A stretch of DNA of 64,000 nucleotides, from NCBI GenBank assembly GCA_965267575.1, contig OZ254086.1, positions 1,760,001 to 1,824,000 on the forward strand, read 5' to 3'. The notes under the pieces are model-generated. The model was not told the DNA's origin. It saw only the letters and a program-made list of their open reading frames with translations, and searched no databases. Origin of the DNA: Calditrichales bacterium. GTDB lineage: Bacteria; Calditrichota; Calditrichia; Calditrichales; J004. Made by a program: the position numbers and the translations under genes. Numbering within the stretch: position 1 is the first letter of the stretch; the number at the start of each line of letters is the position of its first letter. Positions 9,709 to 19,527 of this stretch are shown here, piece by piece.

Positions 9709-10833
9709 ATGGTCTTCAATTTAAACGATTGTATAAAACGATTCAAAAAGACCCTTTGGCTGCTGCTTATGCTTTTTTGCCTGCCGCTGGCCGCCGATGA
9801 GCTGGAAACCCGCGACGGCAGGTTTTTCTACGGTCAGCTTGTACGTGTATATGATGAACGCGTTGAGCTGTTGATGATCGAGCCGGATACGTTGCAACTG
9901 GTTGAGCGCGCCTTTCCCCGTAAAGGCCTGAAACAGGTAACGGACGAAAGCGGCACAGCGTTGATGCGCGACGGCATGTTGTTGGTCGAAGACCCGTTGA
10001 GCTATTACCGGCCGCTGCGCAACAATTGGGAGTTTCTGCGCAAACAGGTGGTGGACAGCCTGCCGGACAGCGTCCGTTTTGAAACGGGGCAATGGCGTAA
10101 AGGTACGATTGTATCACTGGATGAAGAGGCGTTGTTCCTGGAAAAAGACAGCCTGGATAACAACGGCAAGATCGTTGTGGACAAGATTGCCCTGGCCGAT
10201 CTGCGCCGGGTAAACGGCTATGCTGTAAGAAAAATAGGTCAGGCTTATTACTGGCCCGATGAAAAGGAGCTTGAGTATAAATGGGAGCTTGAACTCGGCG
10301 CCGATGCCAGGCTGATACCTTCCCGCGAAATCGAAACTCTTTTTGCCCGCGCTTACGAAGGCGCCGGTCTAAACGTGGAGCCCAAAAACCGTCCTGCTTC
10401 GGTCAGTGGTCTGTACGCGGCAACGCACCTGAATCTTGCGCGGCGTTGGCAGTTGCTGCTTTCGCTGCATTACAGCGCCGCCGATGAGGCCAACCGCCTT
10501 ACGCGCAGCGCCGCGGCCCTGCGCTATAAAATCCTGAATGGCACCTTTTCTGCCGGACTGCGCGCCGGAGTGGTTTTTGGCGCCTGGCGTTTTGCCGGGC
10601 GTGACATCGAAATGGAAGAAGACTTTGAATGGCGAGGCAGTGCCGCCGGCATTCTGCTTGGCGCGGACCTGGAATGGCAGCTTTCTCCCGCATACGGATT
10701 ACGCCTGACGGCGGAACACGAGTTAAACGGCAAACGCGATGTGGACTTTGAAAATAATGATGTGATCGCCTCCACCTCTTCCATTAGCTGGGATCCTACC
10801 CGGCTGGCGCTGGGACTCGTTTTTTACTTCTGA
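9709..10833 (+). CDS. Hypothetical exported protein with probable C-terminal outer-membrane beta-barrel; start uncertain
   Basis: Signal-like KRFKKTLWLLLMLFCLPLAA, amphipathic beta-strands, terminal LGLVFYF. Confidence 0.65.
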   Translation: MVFNLNDCIKRFKKTLWLLLMLFCLPLAADELETRDGRFFYGQLVRVYDERVELLMIEPDTLQLVERAFPRKGLKQVTDESGTALMRDGMLLVEDPLSYYRPLRNNWEFLRKQVVDSLPDSVRFETGQWRKGTIVSLDEEALFLEKDSLDNNGKIVVDKIALADLRRVNGYAVRKIGQAYYWPDEKELEYKWELELGADARLIPSREIETLFARAYEGAGLNVEPKNRPASVSGLYAATHLNLARRWQLLLSLHYSAADEANRLTRSAAALRYKILNGTFSAGLRAGVVFGAWRFAGRDIEMEEDFEWRGSAAGILLGADLEWQLSPAYGLRLTAEHELNGKRDVDFENNDVIASTSSISWDPTRLALGLVFYF

Positions 10834-11351
10834 TTCATCGCTTTCAGGTAGCGCTCGCTTATTACCTTCATGTGATGAATGAGGTGGCCGGCAATGATGT
10901 AGCCGATAGCGCGGACCGTGAACGGGTTTTTGTTGGCCTTACCTTTTTTCTTCATCATCTTGTCATCAAAGGAAGAGAAAAGCGCAATCGTAGCGCGCCG
11001 GCAGTTGTAGAAGAGCTCTATAAGCTGGCCCAATTCCATTTGATCATAGCGGCTGTTTTTTACATAATCGTCTTCTTCAAAGCCGGGAAAATCGGTTTTA
11101 TCCCCGCGACTGGTACCAAGAGCTCGGTAGCAAAAAACAAGTTCCACGTCCACCAGGTGGCCAATCACTTCGCGGATGCTCCACTTTCCTTTATCATAGC
11201 GGAACGATGCCTGATCGTTATTGATCTGGGCGAAGAACGCGCCGAACTGCTGGTTCTGTTTATACAGCACATCAAGCAGCGGCTCTTTTGGTACAAGCTT
11301 AATATATTTCTGATAATATTCTGCGGCTTCTCCGGCTGCGGGACGATCCAT
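10824..11351 (-). CDS. DinB family protein
   Basis: YYQKYI, KWSIREVIGHL and GHLIHH motifs; GGAGG ribosome-binding site. Confidence 0.88.
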   Translation of the reverse strand: MDRPAAGEAAEYYQKYIKLVPKEPLLDVLYKQNQQFGAFFAQINNDQASFRYDKGKWSIREVIGHLVDVELVFCYRALGTSRGDKTDFPGFEEDDYVKNSRYDQMELGQLIELFYNCRRATIALFSSFDDKMMKKKGKANKNPFTVRAIGYIIAGHLIHHMKVISERYLKAMNQK

Positions 11352-11407
11352 AAAATTTCCTCCTTTTTTTTATTATTTCTTCAAAATGATAGCCTTGGTT
11401 AAACAAA

Positions 11408-11433
11408 AATTCTTCGCTTTACTCAGAATGACA
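11408..11433 (-). repeat. GTCAT-type REP-like palindrome
   Basis: Minus strand reads TGTCATTCTGAGTAAAGCGAAGAATT. Confidence 0.55.
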
Positions 11434-11576
11434 GGGCCGGGCATGAATGAAAATTGTGTTACTTCTTTTTTTGCCGGCATGAAAGGGCAAAGCTACAAAA
11501 ACAAAGAATCGGCGCAAGTGATTTGAACGCAAGCTTTGGCGGCTTTAATTTTAGAACTTATCAAAAAAGGAAATTC

Positions 11577-12140
11577 ATGTTCGTTTTCATACTGCTGATC
11601 TCTGTGCTGGCTGCCGTTTTTGTGCTCTCCTGCGATTACGAACTACGCCTGGAAAAATCCGGACAGTCCGGTTATGGTTTTTATTCAATGGCCGTTTCCG
11701 TGCTTTTTTCAGCTCTCTTTCTGGTCCTCCCAACCTATTGGGACGGATTCGTTATTGCCCAGATTTTTTTGGGAACAATCTTTATACTTTTTTGCTTTTT
11801 ACTGCTCACCATGTTGCCGGCGGAATTATTGCCGCTTAAGCTGGCGGAGGGTATCTGCTTTAGGATTTATCTTCCGTTTTGCGCGCTGGTGGCCGGCATT
11901 AGCGGCATTGGCCTGGTGCAGGCTCTTATTGCCGTTTTAACATTCGCTGTATTACGGATTGCGTTAAGGCCCATATGGCCGCGCTTTCTGGAAATGTTGT
12001 TTAAAAGCAGGCAAAATGTGAAGGAATTATTAGAACTCAACCGGCAGTTGCTGGGTATATTTACTTTCATACTCGGAATGGTGATTGCCACAGACCGGGT
12101 TCGGTTTATCGAAAATTTTGTAAAATGGTTGTTTAATTGA
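11577..12140 (+). CDS. Integral membrane protein, possibly a divergent CcdA/DsbD-TM homolog
   Basis: About 6 hydrophobic segments, AAGGA ribosome-binding site, lies immediately upstream of a TlpA gene. Confidence 0.55.
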   Translation: MFVFILLISVLAAVFVLSCDYELRLEKSGQSGYGFYSMAVSVLFSALFLVLPTYWDGFVIAQIFLGTIFILFCFLLLTMLPAELLPLKLAEGICFRIYLPFCALVAGISGIGLVQALIAVLTFAVLRIALRPIWPRFLEMLFKSRQNVKELLELNRQLLGIFTFILGMVIATDRVRFIENFVKWLFN

Positions 12141-12151
12141 AAGGAGTAATT

Positions 12152-12616
12152 ATGCGAATCATGCGTTGGACGCTGGGCTTGTTAATACTATTTGCCGCTT
12201 TTGCAGTGGCCAAAGACGCGCCCGATTTTACCTTCAAATCGCTGGAAGGCGGGGAAGTATCTCTCTCCGATTATAAAGGCAAGGTGGTTATGGTGAATTT
12301 CTGGGCGACATGGTGCGGCCCGTGCATTAAAGAGATGCCCGATCTGGAGAAACTGCAGCAGGCTTATAAAGACGAGGGCCTTCAGATTCTCGGGTTGACT
12401 GTTTCTTCTAAAGAAAAAGATATACCGGGCAAGGTGAAATCTACCGGTGTAACCTACCCGATTTTGCTGAATGCCGAGCCTGCGGTTGCCAAATTCGGCG
12501 GATTCAATTCCATCCCGCAGACATTTATCATTAACCGCGAGGGCAAGATCGTTAAGCAGATTACCGGTACGCGTCCCTATGAAGCGTTTGAAAAAGAGAT
12601 AAAGCCGCTGTTGTAA
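12152..12616 (+). CDS. TlpA/ResA family thiol-disulfide oxidoreductase
   Basis: Signal peptide, NFWATWCGPC and SIPQTF motifs; AAGGAG ribosome-binding site. Confidence 0.93.
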   Translation: MRIMRWTLGLLILFAAFAVAKDAPDFTFKSLEGGEVSLSDYKGKVVMVNFWATWCGPCIKEMPDLEKLQQAYKDEGLQILGLTVSSKEKDIPGKVKSTGVTYPILLNAEPAVAKFGGFNSIPQTFIINREGKIVKQITGTRPYEAFEKEIKPLL

Positions 12617-12634
12617 TAATTTTTGTTCTAAGAT

Positions 12635-12666
12635 AAAGGCCGTCTTTTTTAAGGCGGCCTTTTTTA
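12635..12666 (+). terminator. Intrinsic terminator
   Basis: AAAGGCCGTC...GGCGGCCTTT stem plus T-tract after tlpA. Confidence 0.8.
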
Positions 12667-12766
12667 TTTGGCCGCGGTGGAAGAAAAGATCATAATCACA
12701 ATCAGGATGAAGTCTAGAGGATGCGGAAAAATGGATACGGATTGGACTGGGTGATATATTGAATCC

Positions 12767-13441
12767 ATGCAGCACATTAAAATAGATCCGGCAGCGGAGA
12801 CAAAATTAAGCGGCGTAAAGCTGGCCGCACTGCGTGGAACGGGCATGCGCGTGGTAAAGGACGGTTACAACTTCGAGGTAATGGTAGAAAACACCGCGGC
12901 CGAAATAAATAAACGATTTGCCGAGCAGCCGATTTCGTCCGATCCGGTGGTGAGTGCGGTGCGCCGCATGTACCGGGTTGTGGGTTGGGAGCCTACAAAA
13001 TACCGCCCGTCCTCTGAGGCGATGGTGCGTCGTCTGCTCAAAGGACAGGGTTTGTACAGCATCAATAACCTGGTGGATTTGCTGAATATTGTATCGTTGA
13101 GTTTTCGCCTGCCTGCCGGATTGTATGATACGGAGAAGATTGCCGGGCAGCCCGAATTGGGTGTTGGGAGGGGTGGTGAAAGCTATGAAGGCCTGAGCAA
13201 GAAATTGATCCATGCCGAAGGCAAAATTATTCTCAGGGACGATGCCGGTGTATTTGGCAACCCGACGGCGGATTCCCGGCGCACGGCCATAAGCGAAAAT
13301 ACAAACAATATCCTTGCGCTGTTTTTTGTACCACAGGGGGTAGATACGCCCTACATCGAAAAGATGATAGAGCAGCTTCGTTCCTATTATCAGCCTTTTT
13401 GCGACGGCACTATGCAAACATCCGTTCAGGGTATCGGCTAA
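12767..13441 (+). CDS. Stand-alone B3/B4 (PheRS beta editing-like) domain protein
   Basis: PTKYRPSSEAMVRR, INNLVDLLN, GLYD and GNPTADS motifs. Confidence 0.85.
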   Translation: MQHIKIDPAAETKLSGVKLAALRGTGMRVVKDGYNFEVMVENTAAEINKRFAEQPISSDPVVSAVRRMYRVVGWEPTKYRPSSEAMVRRLLKGQGLYSINNLVDLLNIVSLSFRLPAGLYDTEKIAGQPELGVGRGGESYEGLSKKLIHAEGKIILRDDAGVFGNPTADSRRTAISENTNNILALFFVPQGVDTPYIEKMIEQLRSYYQPFCDGTMQTSVQGIG

Positions 13442-13447
13442 AAGCCG

Positions 13448-15151
13448 CTATTCGATGTAAACCATCTTTTTGGTCTCTCTGAATGCCCTGCCGCTTTGGA
13501 TGCCGCGTCCTTCCAGCCTGTAAAAATAGACCCCGCTGGATGTAAATTGGTCCGCGTTGATAATCACAAAATCATTGCCTTGCACCGAGCGCTCCGGCAG
13601 GGTAAAAACTTCCCGTCCCAAAATATCAAACACGGTGATGCGTACACGGCTGGGTTCCGTAACGCCGTACTCAATGCGCGTAAAGCCATTGAACGGATTG
13701 GGTGTATTTTGTTCTACAAAAAAAGTTTCGGGCACCAGGTCGCCACCCATCACGTAGTTATAAGCCGCTTCTATGTTCAAAATACCGTAACCGATGTAAT
13801 TGTCCGGCTCAATGGCCTGGCTGGCCGTTTTGGTGATCGCCTCGCGTACCTGCGCCGGTGTCAGCTCCGGTTTGGCTTCCAGCAACAATGCAATCGCTCC
13901 CGCAATAAGAGGGCTGGAAAAGGACGTGCCCGATCCGCTGCGAAATCCGCTGTTGCTTGATGAGGAAGCGCTGTATGCTGATCTGCCCAGGGCGGAGACG
14001 GTAGGCTTGGTGCGGCCGTCCGCGGTGGGACCGTAAGATGCTGTTGGCCAGTATTCTCCTGTGCCTTCAATGCCACCGGCGGTTATGACAAACTCTCCAT
14101 CAGCCGGAGCATTGAGTGTGTTCGGCGCGTCTGTGCGACCATTATTGCCGGCGCTGTTCACAACAATCACTCCTTTTTGCTCGGCCACGATGGTAGCCAG
14201 AGTGGTCACCGCCGTTTCGCCATCCATGTCTTCCCAGGTGTACCAGTCGCTATAGCCCAGGCTGCTGTTAACGATGCGCGCGCCGTTACGTTCGGCCCAT
14301 TCCAGGCCGGCCACCCAGAAATCTTCCTCAGCCTGGATCTCTTCGTAGTCCATTTCTGTCTTTGCCAGCAATAACGTGGCGCCATATGCCGGACCAATCA
14401 GCTCACCCGGCGTGTAGCCGGCCAGCACCGAAAGCGTGGCCGTACCGTGCCAGCCTTCAACGGGCCGCGCGTCCGGGTCATCCACGGAATCATCATTGTT
14501 GATAAAATCATAGGTGTCTTTTATGTCCAGCTGCTGAAAGGTTTCATGCGTTTTATAAAGATTGTAACCGTCATCCAGCATGCAGATAATCACACCGGCG
14601 CCGCTCAGACCCATATCATGCAGTGCGGGCACACCAATTTGCTCCACCTGCAGCGCCGAGGGACCATAGTTAAGGCTGTAAACCGCCGAAGGCTTGCTCA
14701 AAATGCTGAGCGTGTTTTCTTCCCGAGCGGGATCTTTGCGGTGCGTTATTACCGGCCTGATTTCCCTTACAAAATCAAACTCTGCCAGCTCGCTTAGTCG
14801 CCCGGCGGATACTTCCACGCTCAGGGCATTCAGCCAGCGCGATTCCGTCCGCACCATTGAGACGATCTGCTCCACCTGTTGGCGGTAGCCGGCAGTGACA
14901 GGCAGGTCGTAGTTGTCAATTAGTCGCGAAGGATTACTGTAACTGCGACGTTGCAGCGCCTCATCGGATATATCAAGCGCCTCTTTGTTCAGGCCTCCCT
15001 GCTGGTCTGCTTTATCCGAAAAAAATAGCCAGACATTAAGCGGCTGGCCGGGTTGCGTTTGGGCCAATTCAGCCAGCTGGGCCGGCAACTCCGCTGCCAC
15101 AGAGGCAAACGGCGCGATGGTCAAAAGGACGATCAAAAAACGCTTAAGCAT
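13448..15151 (-). CDS. S8 family serine peptidase with C-terminal secretion-sorting (T9SS type A-like) domain
   Basis: Catalytic Asp (MLDDG), His (HGTATLS) and Ser (GTSFSSP); signal peptide from MLKRF; QNTPNPFN...SGVYFY tail. Confidence 0.9.
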   Translation of the reverse strand: MLKRFLIVLLTIAPFASVAAELPAQLAELAQTQPGQPLNVWLFFSDKADQQGGLNKEALDISDEALQRRSYSNPSRLIDNYDLPVTAGYRQQVEQIVSMVRTESRWLNALSVEVSAGRLSELAEFDFVREIRPVITHRKDPAREENTLSILSKPSAVYSLNYGPSALQVEQIGVPALHDMGLSGAGVIICMLDDGYNLYKTHETFQQLDIKDTYDFINNDDSVDDPDARPVEGWHGTATLSVLAGYTPGELIGPAYGATLLLAKTEMDYEEIQAEEDFWVAGLEWAERNGARIVNSSLGYSDWYTWEDMDGETAVTTLATIVAEQKGVIVVNSAGNNGRTDAPNTLNAPADGEFVITAGGIEGTGEYWPTASYGPTADGRTKPTVSALGRSAYSASSSSNSGFRSGSGTSFSSPLIAGAIALLLEAKPELTPAQVREAITKTASQAIEPDNYIGYGILNIEAAYNYVMGGDLVPETFFVEQNTPNPFNGFTRIEYGVTEPSRVRITVFDILGREVFTLPERSVQGNDFVIINADQFTSSGVYFYRLEGRGIQSGRAFRETKKMVYIE

Positions 15152-15180
15152 ACTTTCCCTTGCATAAGTAAAAGTGTTAT

Positions 15181-15219
15181 AAATAAAAAGTTCCGGCAAA
15201 CTAACATCTGCCGGAACTT
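15181..15219 (-). terminator. Intrinsic terminator after the transglutaminase genes
   Basis: Perfect 11-bp stem AAGTTCCGGCA/TGCCGGAACTT followed by a T-rich tract on the minus strand. Confidence 0.7.
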
Positions 15220-15253
15220 AATAAAAGAGCTAATATGTAAAACGCCGGTTTTG

Positions 15254-17209
15254 CTATTTTATTCGCAGCACAATGTTCTCGTCATTTGCTGCAGAAATGG
15301 CTTTTTCAAGTTCCCGGAAGAGTTCGTACTCCGTTGAGCTGATTATGTTGTTTTCCAGATTGTATTCGCGGACATATTGGATGTTTCCGTTTCCATGGTA
15401 TTTAGGACGCATAGTAAATGAGGCGAAATCTTTATTTTCCGTAATATTTTTAGAGGCATTTTCCAGCTCGTATACGTCCTCATTAAAGCGGACGGTCACA
15501 AAATCCTTAAGGATATAAGGTGATTCAAAAACCAGCCCGTAGCGGCGCTCTTCATCACGGTATCGGTCTAAATCATCGCGGATCGTAAAGACGCCCGGTT
15601 TGAAAATATAGAGGTTGTTTGTTTTTGAGCCGGCCTGGTTACGCCGGAAATCGAATTTCATGGTAAAGTGTTCGGCCTTTTCCTCCACATCATCATATGT
15701 AAGATTTTCGATGATAATGTCCGAAGTGTTGGCGTTTATATAGCTTTCGAAATGTTTTTTAATGTCACTTTCAGATTTTCTGGAAAGCTTGCTGCGAATC
15801 TGAAGATTTTCGTTGCCGCTGTAGCGTACCTGCACCGTGCCGTGTAAAGCGCCGTCGTCTTCCACGTACATTTCAACATTTCGCAGGATCATATTATCTT
15901 TCGCCTCACTTTGCGGCAGCCGCTTAAACTGTCCTTTGCCATCGGAAAAAATTACCCAGGCTTGTGCATCTTCCAGGCGGGCCGGCAGTTCTTTTGCGTC
16001 GCAATAGGTGTTGGAAGGATCCAGCCAATATTCCTTGTCATCTTCGGTTTGCGCATAACACACCATGTGATTGAATCCGGAAAGCGTGATAAAATTTTGT
16101 GCTTTCAACCCGTAGTCGGTTGACTTAACAACAGCGGGGTAAGCGTTGATTCCGGCGGCTTTGAGCAAACAAGCGTTTAGCAAGGTCAGATCCAGGCAAT
16201 CGCCGTATTTGTTCTGCAGGATAACCGGCAGTGAAGCCGGCAAATAACCGCCCCGCGCTATGGAGCCCGATTTATAGCGGAAGTTATCGCGAATATAATC
16301 AAAGACCAGTTCGATCTTTTCTTCATCGTTTTTAGCGTCCTTAGTGATGGAGGCCGCAAGCTCATTAATCCCTGAATCATCTGTTTCTTCAAAATAGGGT
16401 TTTAGCGATTTCCAGTAGTAGCCAAACAGCTCATCCCAGTTTTTGTATTTGAGACCCAGATAGAGATACTGGCCAACGTCGGCATAGGCTGGCATATTGG
16501 GTTCAGAACGCAGTGCCTCGATATCGCGCACTTCCCAGAAATATACATAGCCGGCATCAAGCGTTCCGCTGGCGGTTATATTTTTGATTTTTGACGGCGG
16601 GTCAAGAAACGTATTGTGTTCCTGGTAGACCCAATCATAATATCTAAAAAAGATATTTGGGATTTCCGCCGCGTAGCGGCTGTATAACTTGGGAATGTCC
16701 TGCTGTATGTACCAGGTGTCAAAAAACATCGGGTTGCTGTGCGTTACGGAATAGTAATACTCCAGCCGTGCGCCGGGCTCCACGCCTTTAAAGGTAAACT
16801 TAAGTGATTTTTCGTCTGAATATTCCGTTGTGGTAGGTACGAGGTCAGAGCGTCTCAGCTCCAGAATTTCGCCGTTTGGCTTTACCGTGCGCGCATAAAA
16901 TTGTGTCAAAGCCCGATCTTCATCCAGGTAAATCGTATGTGTAAGGTGTTCTTCGGCCTTATCATTAAAATAGAGCATTGATACGTGGTAAGCCCTGGTG
17001 AAGTTTATTTCATAGTTGTTGTTCAGAAAAAGTTTAACACTTTCATTTTCCGAAAGTATTACGGCCCCGTCATCAGGAAATTCTTCCTGCGTGGGCAGGG
17101 CCTGTCTGTCCGTTAGCTCCAGAATATCTTCATTGCTAAGAAAAAAAGAACCGGAGCAGCTAGTTAAAATTAGAGAAGCAGTGAAAAATATGAAGACTGA
17201 ATTCTTCAT
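15254..17209 (-). CDS. DUF3857/transglutaminase-like lipoprotein
   Basis: Lipobox LTSC; GDCLD, FNHMV and WLDPS triad motifs; GGAGG ribosome-binding site. Confidence 0.85.
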   Translation of the reverse strand: MKNSVFIFFTASLILTSCSGSFFLSNEDILELTDRQALPTQEEFPDDGAVILSENESVKLFLNNNYEINFTRAYHVSMLYFNDKAEEHLTHTIYLDEDRALTQFYARTVKPNGEILELRRSDLVPTTTEYSDEKSLKFTFKGVEPGARLEYYYSVTHSNPMFFDTWYIQQDIPKLYSRYAAEIPNIFFRYYDWVYQEHNTFLDPPSKIKNITASGTLDAGYVYFWEVRDIEALRSEPNMPAYADVGQYLYLGLKYKNWDELFGYYWKSLKPYFEETDDSGINELAASITKDAKNDEEKIELVFDYIRDNFRYKSGSIARGGYLPASLPVILQNKYGDCLDLTLLNACLLKAAGINAYPAVVKSTDYGLKAQNFITLSGFNHMVCYAQTEDDKEYWLDPSNTYCDAKELPARLEDAQAWVIFSDGKGQFKRLPQSEAKDNMILRNVEMYVEDDGALHGTVQVRYSGNENLQIRSKLSRKSESDIKKHFESYINANTSDIIIENLTYDDVEEKAEHFTMKFDFRRNQAGSKTNNLYIFKPGVFTIRDDLDRYRDEERRYGLVFESPYILKDFVTVRFNEDVYELENASKNITENKDFASFTMRPKYHGNGNIQYVREYNLENNIISSTEYELFRELEKAISAANDENIVLRIK

Positions 17210-17258
17210 TGTATTACCTCCCATTTAATAAAAAAGCCCTTGGCAAAAGGATTTTTAT

Positions 17259-19235
17259 TTATCGATTGCGTTTAAGAACAATATTCGCATCGTTGGCTTT
17301 AGCTATCGTTTGCTGCACTTCGCGGAATTGCTGATAATATTGATTGTCGATAATCGCGTCACGTAGTTCGTATTCGCGCACGAATTGCAGATTACCCGGG
17401 CTGGCGGGTTTTATCTGGGCCTTAAAAAGGGCGAAGTTTTTGCTGGCGGCAAAAAAGCCATCTTCCGATTCCAGAATATAGCGATCCGGGTTGTAGCGTA
17501 TGTTAACGATATCCTTTACTGTATGGGGAGCGTAGAAAAAGAGATCGTGCTTGCGTTCTTCGTCGCGGTACCTGTCCAGTTCCGGATCAAGCTGGAAGAT
17601 GCCCGGTTTGAAAATAAGCAGATCACCTGCCCTGGATCCGGCCTGCTCGCGCGTAAACTCAAAACTCATGTTAAACACGTCGGCAATTTGCGAAGGATCG
17701 TCGTAGCTGATATTGCTGATAGCCAGGTTGCTGGTGTTACTGTTAACGTAGCTTTCAACCACTTTACGCATATCGTTTTCACTGGCTGAACGTAAGCTTG
17801 AGCGAATAGATAGATTTTCGTTTCCGGTAAAGCGAAGCTGAGCCTTGCCACTGATACTACCGTCGTCATTAACGGTAATATCTACCATGCGCTGCAGTAG
17901 ATTGTCCGAACATTTGCTTACAGGAATTGTCTTAAATTCGCTCTTGCCGTCTTCAAATATAACCAGGGCTTCCGTTCCTTCCAGGGAAGAGTACACTTCA
18001 CCCAGCGGGCAGCTGCTGCCGGTGGCGTCCAGCCAGAATTCACGGCCGTCACTCGTTTTAACCAGGTTGATCATATGATTAAAGTTAAAGCCAATAGTGG
18101 TTTGCTGTTTTAAGCCTGCGCCCTTTGTCCGTACAAGCGCCGGATAAGCGGAAATATTAAGGCTGTTTAGCAGGCAGGCATTCAGAACAGACATATCCTT
18201 GCAGTCGCCGTATTTGTTAGAGATAATGGTGTTTACATTGTGCGGAATAATGCCTGAATCTTCAATGTCGATTGCAATATAGCGACAATTTTGCTGCGAC
18301 CAGGCAAAGATTTTTTCAATTTTTTCTTCTTCGCTTTCCGCGCCGGCCGTTATCTCTTCCGCTAGTTGTTTGATCTGCGGCTCGTTTTTGCCATTGAAAT
18401 ATTTGGATATTCGCTTCCAATAATTTCCTGTGAACTCATTCCAGTCATCATATTTTACGCCAAGCCTGATATACTGCGTAACATCCCAAAAAGGCGGCAT
18501 GTTCGGCTCACTTTTAAGGCCAGGTACATCACGGACTTCCCAATAAAAGGTTCTGCCCTCGTCATAGGTTCCTCTCTTGCCCAGGACTTCTCGTTCCATG
18601 GGCCGGCCAAGAAATATGTTATACTCACTAAAAGTCCAGTCATTGCCTGCCTGGAAAAAAATATGTGGTATTGATACTTCGTAACATGTGTAGACTTTTG
18701 GCAATCTTTCCTGGATAAGCCATCTGTCTCCATAATACCATCCTTCGTCAATAATGCGGTAACTGTATTCAACGATTGCGCCCGGTTCAACACCCGCAAA
18801 AGTGAATTTCACAGATTGATTATCGCTGAATTCCACAAAGCTGGACTTTATGACGGTCGGGTGTAAATCCTCTTCGGATAGTTCTACGACTTCACCGTTT
18901 GGCTTTGTAGTTCTTGCGGAAAAGGATTTCAGTCGAATGTCAGGATCAAGGTAAATAGTGCGTGTTAACTGGCTTTCTGCTTTATCGTTAAAATATAACA
19001 TGGCCCAATGAAAATTCTTTTCCCTGTTGACGTCATAGTCCGAGTTAAGAAACAGCTCCTGACTCTCTTTCTCATATAAAATAACCCCGCCGTCATCAGG
19101 ATAATCTTCCTGCGTTGGCAGGTTGCTGCGACCAATCTCGCTAAGCAGTTGGTCTTTAGTGAAAAGGTTGGAACCGCCGCAGCTGCACAACAGTGCGGCA
19201 AGCACAAAAACTAACATTAAACGTATAGTGCTCAT
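17259..19235 (-). CDS. DUF3857/transglutaminase-like lipoprotein
   Basis: Lipobox LCSC; VEPGAIVEYSY; GDCKD, FNHMI and WLDAT motifs. Confidence 0.87.
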   Translation of the reverse strand: MSTIRLMLVFVLAALLCSCGGSNLFTKDQLLSEIGRSNLPTQEDYPDDGGVILYEKESQELFLNSDYDVNREKNFHWAMLYFNDKAESQLTRTIYLDPDIRLKSFSARTTKPNGEVVELSEEDLHPTVIKSSFVEFSDNQSVKFTFAGVEPGAIVEYSYRIIDEGWYYGDRWLIQERLPKVYTCYEVSIPHIFFQAGNDWTFSEYNIFLGRPMEREVLGKRGTYDEGRTFYWEVRDVPGLKSEPNMPPFWDVTQYIRLGVKYDDWNEFTGNYWKRISKYFNGKNEPQIKQLAEEITAGAESEEEKIEKIFAWSQQNCRYIAIDIEDSGIIPHNVNTIISNKYGDCKDMSVLNACLLNSLNISAYPALVRTKGAGLKQQTTIGFNFNHMINLVKTSDGREFWLDATGSSCPLGEVYSSLEGTEALVIFEDGKSEFKTIPVSKCSDNLLQRMVDITVNDDGSISGKAQLRFTGNENLSIRSSLRSASENDMRKVVESYVNSNTSNLAISNISYDDPSQIADVFNMSFEFTREQAGSRAGDLLIFKPGIFQLDPELDRYRDEERKHDLFFYAPHTVKDIVNIRYNPDRYILESEDGFFAASKNFALFKAQIKPASPGNLQFVREYELRDAIIDNQYYQQFREVQQTIAKANDANIVLKRNR

Positions 19236-19273
19236 ACTACCCCCAAGGTAACGTGTATAAAGTAAGTAAAATA

Positions 19274-19302
19274 AGAATAGTGAAATAAATATTTAGTGTC
19301 AA
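19274..19302 (-). promoter_or_regulatory. Sigma70-like promoter
   Basis: TTGACA-17 bp-TATTCT upstream of 19235. Confidence 0.65.
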
Positions 19303-19527
19303 CTTAAAAACGCTATTGCGTGGAGTTTTTTACGGATTGGATGGAGGTTTCGGATTAGGTTGATTATAGCTATATTTTACAAGAGGTTACGACGAGAGAA
19401 CAAAAGCAACAGAGCAATCAGGCTAAAAAAAATTTTTGAAAAGCGTAAAACAAATGCGGTCTTGCCCCGCTTTTGTCGCGCAGAGACAAGCGGTAACAGC
19501 GCCATGTTAAAAGGAGTTAATATATAA

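Noticed and set aside
12703..12750. Possible nonamer GGAT-rich arrays here and at about 19333-19365
   Set aside because: Spacing is too irregular to call with confidence.
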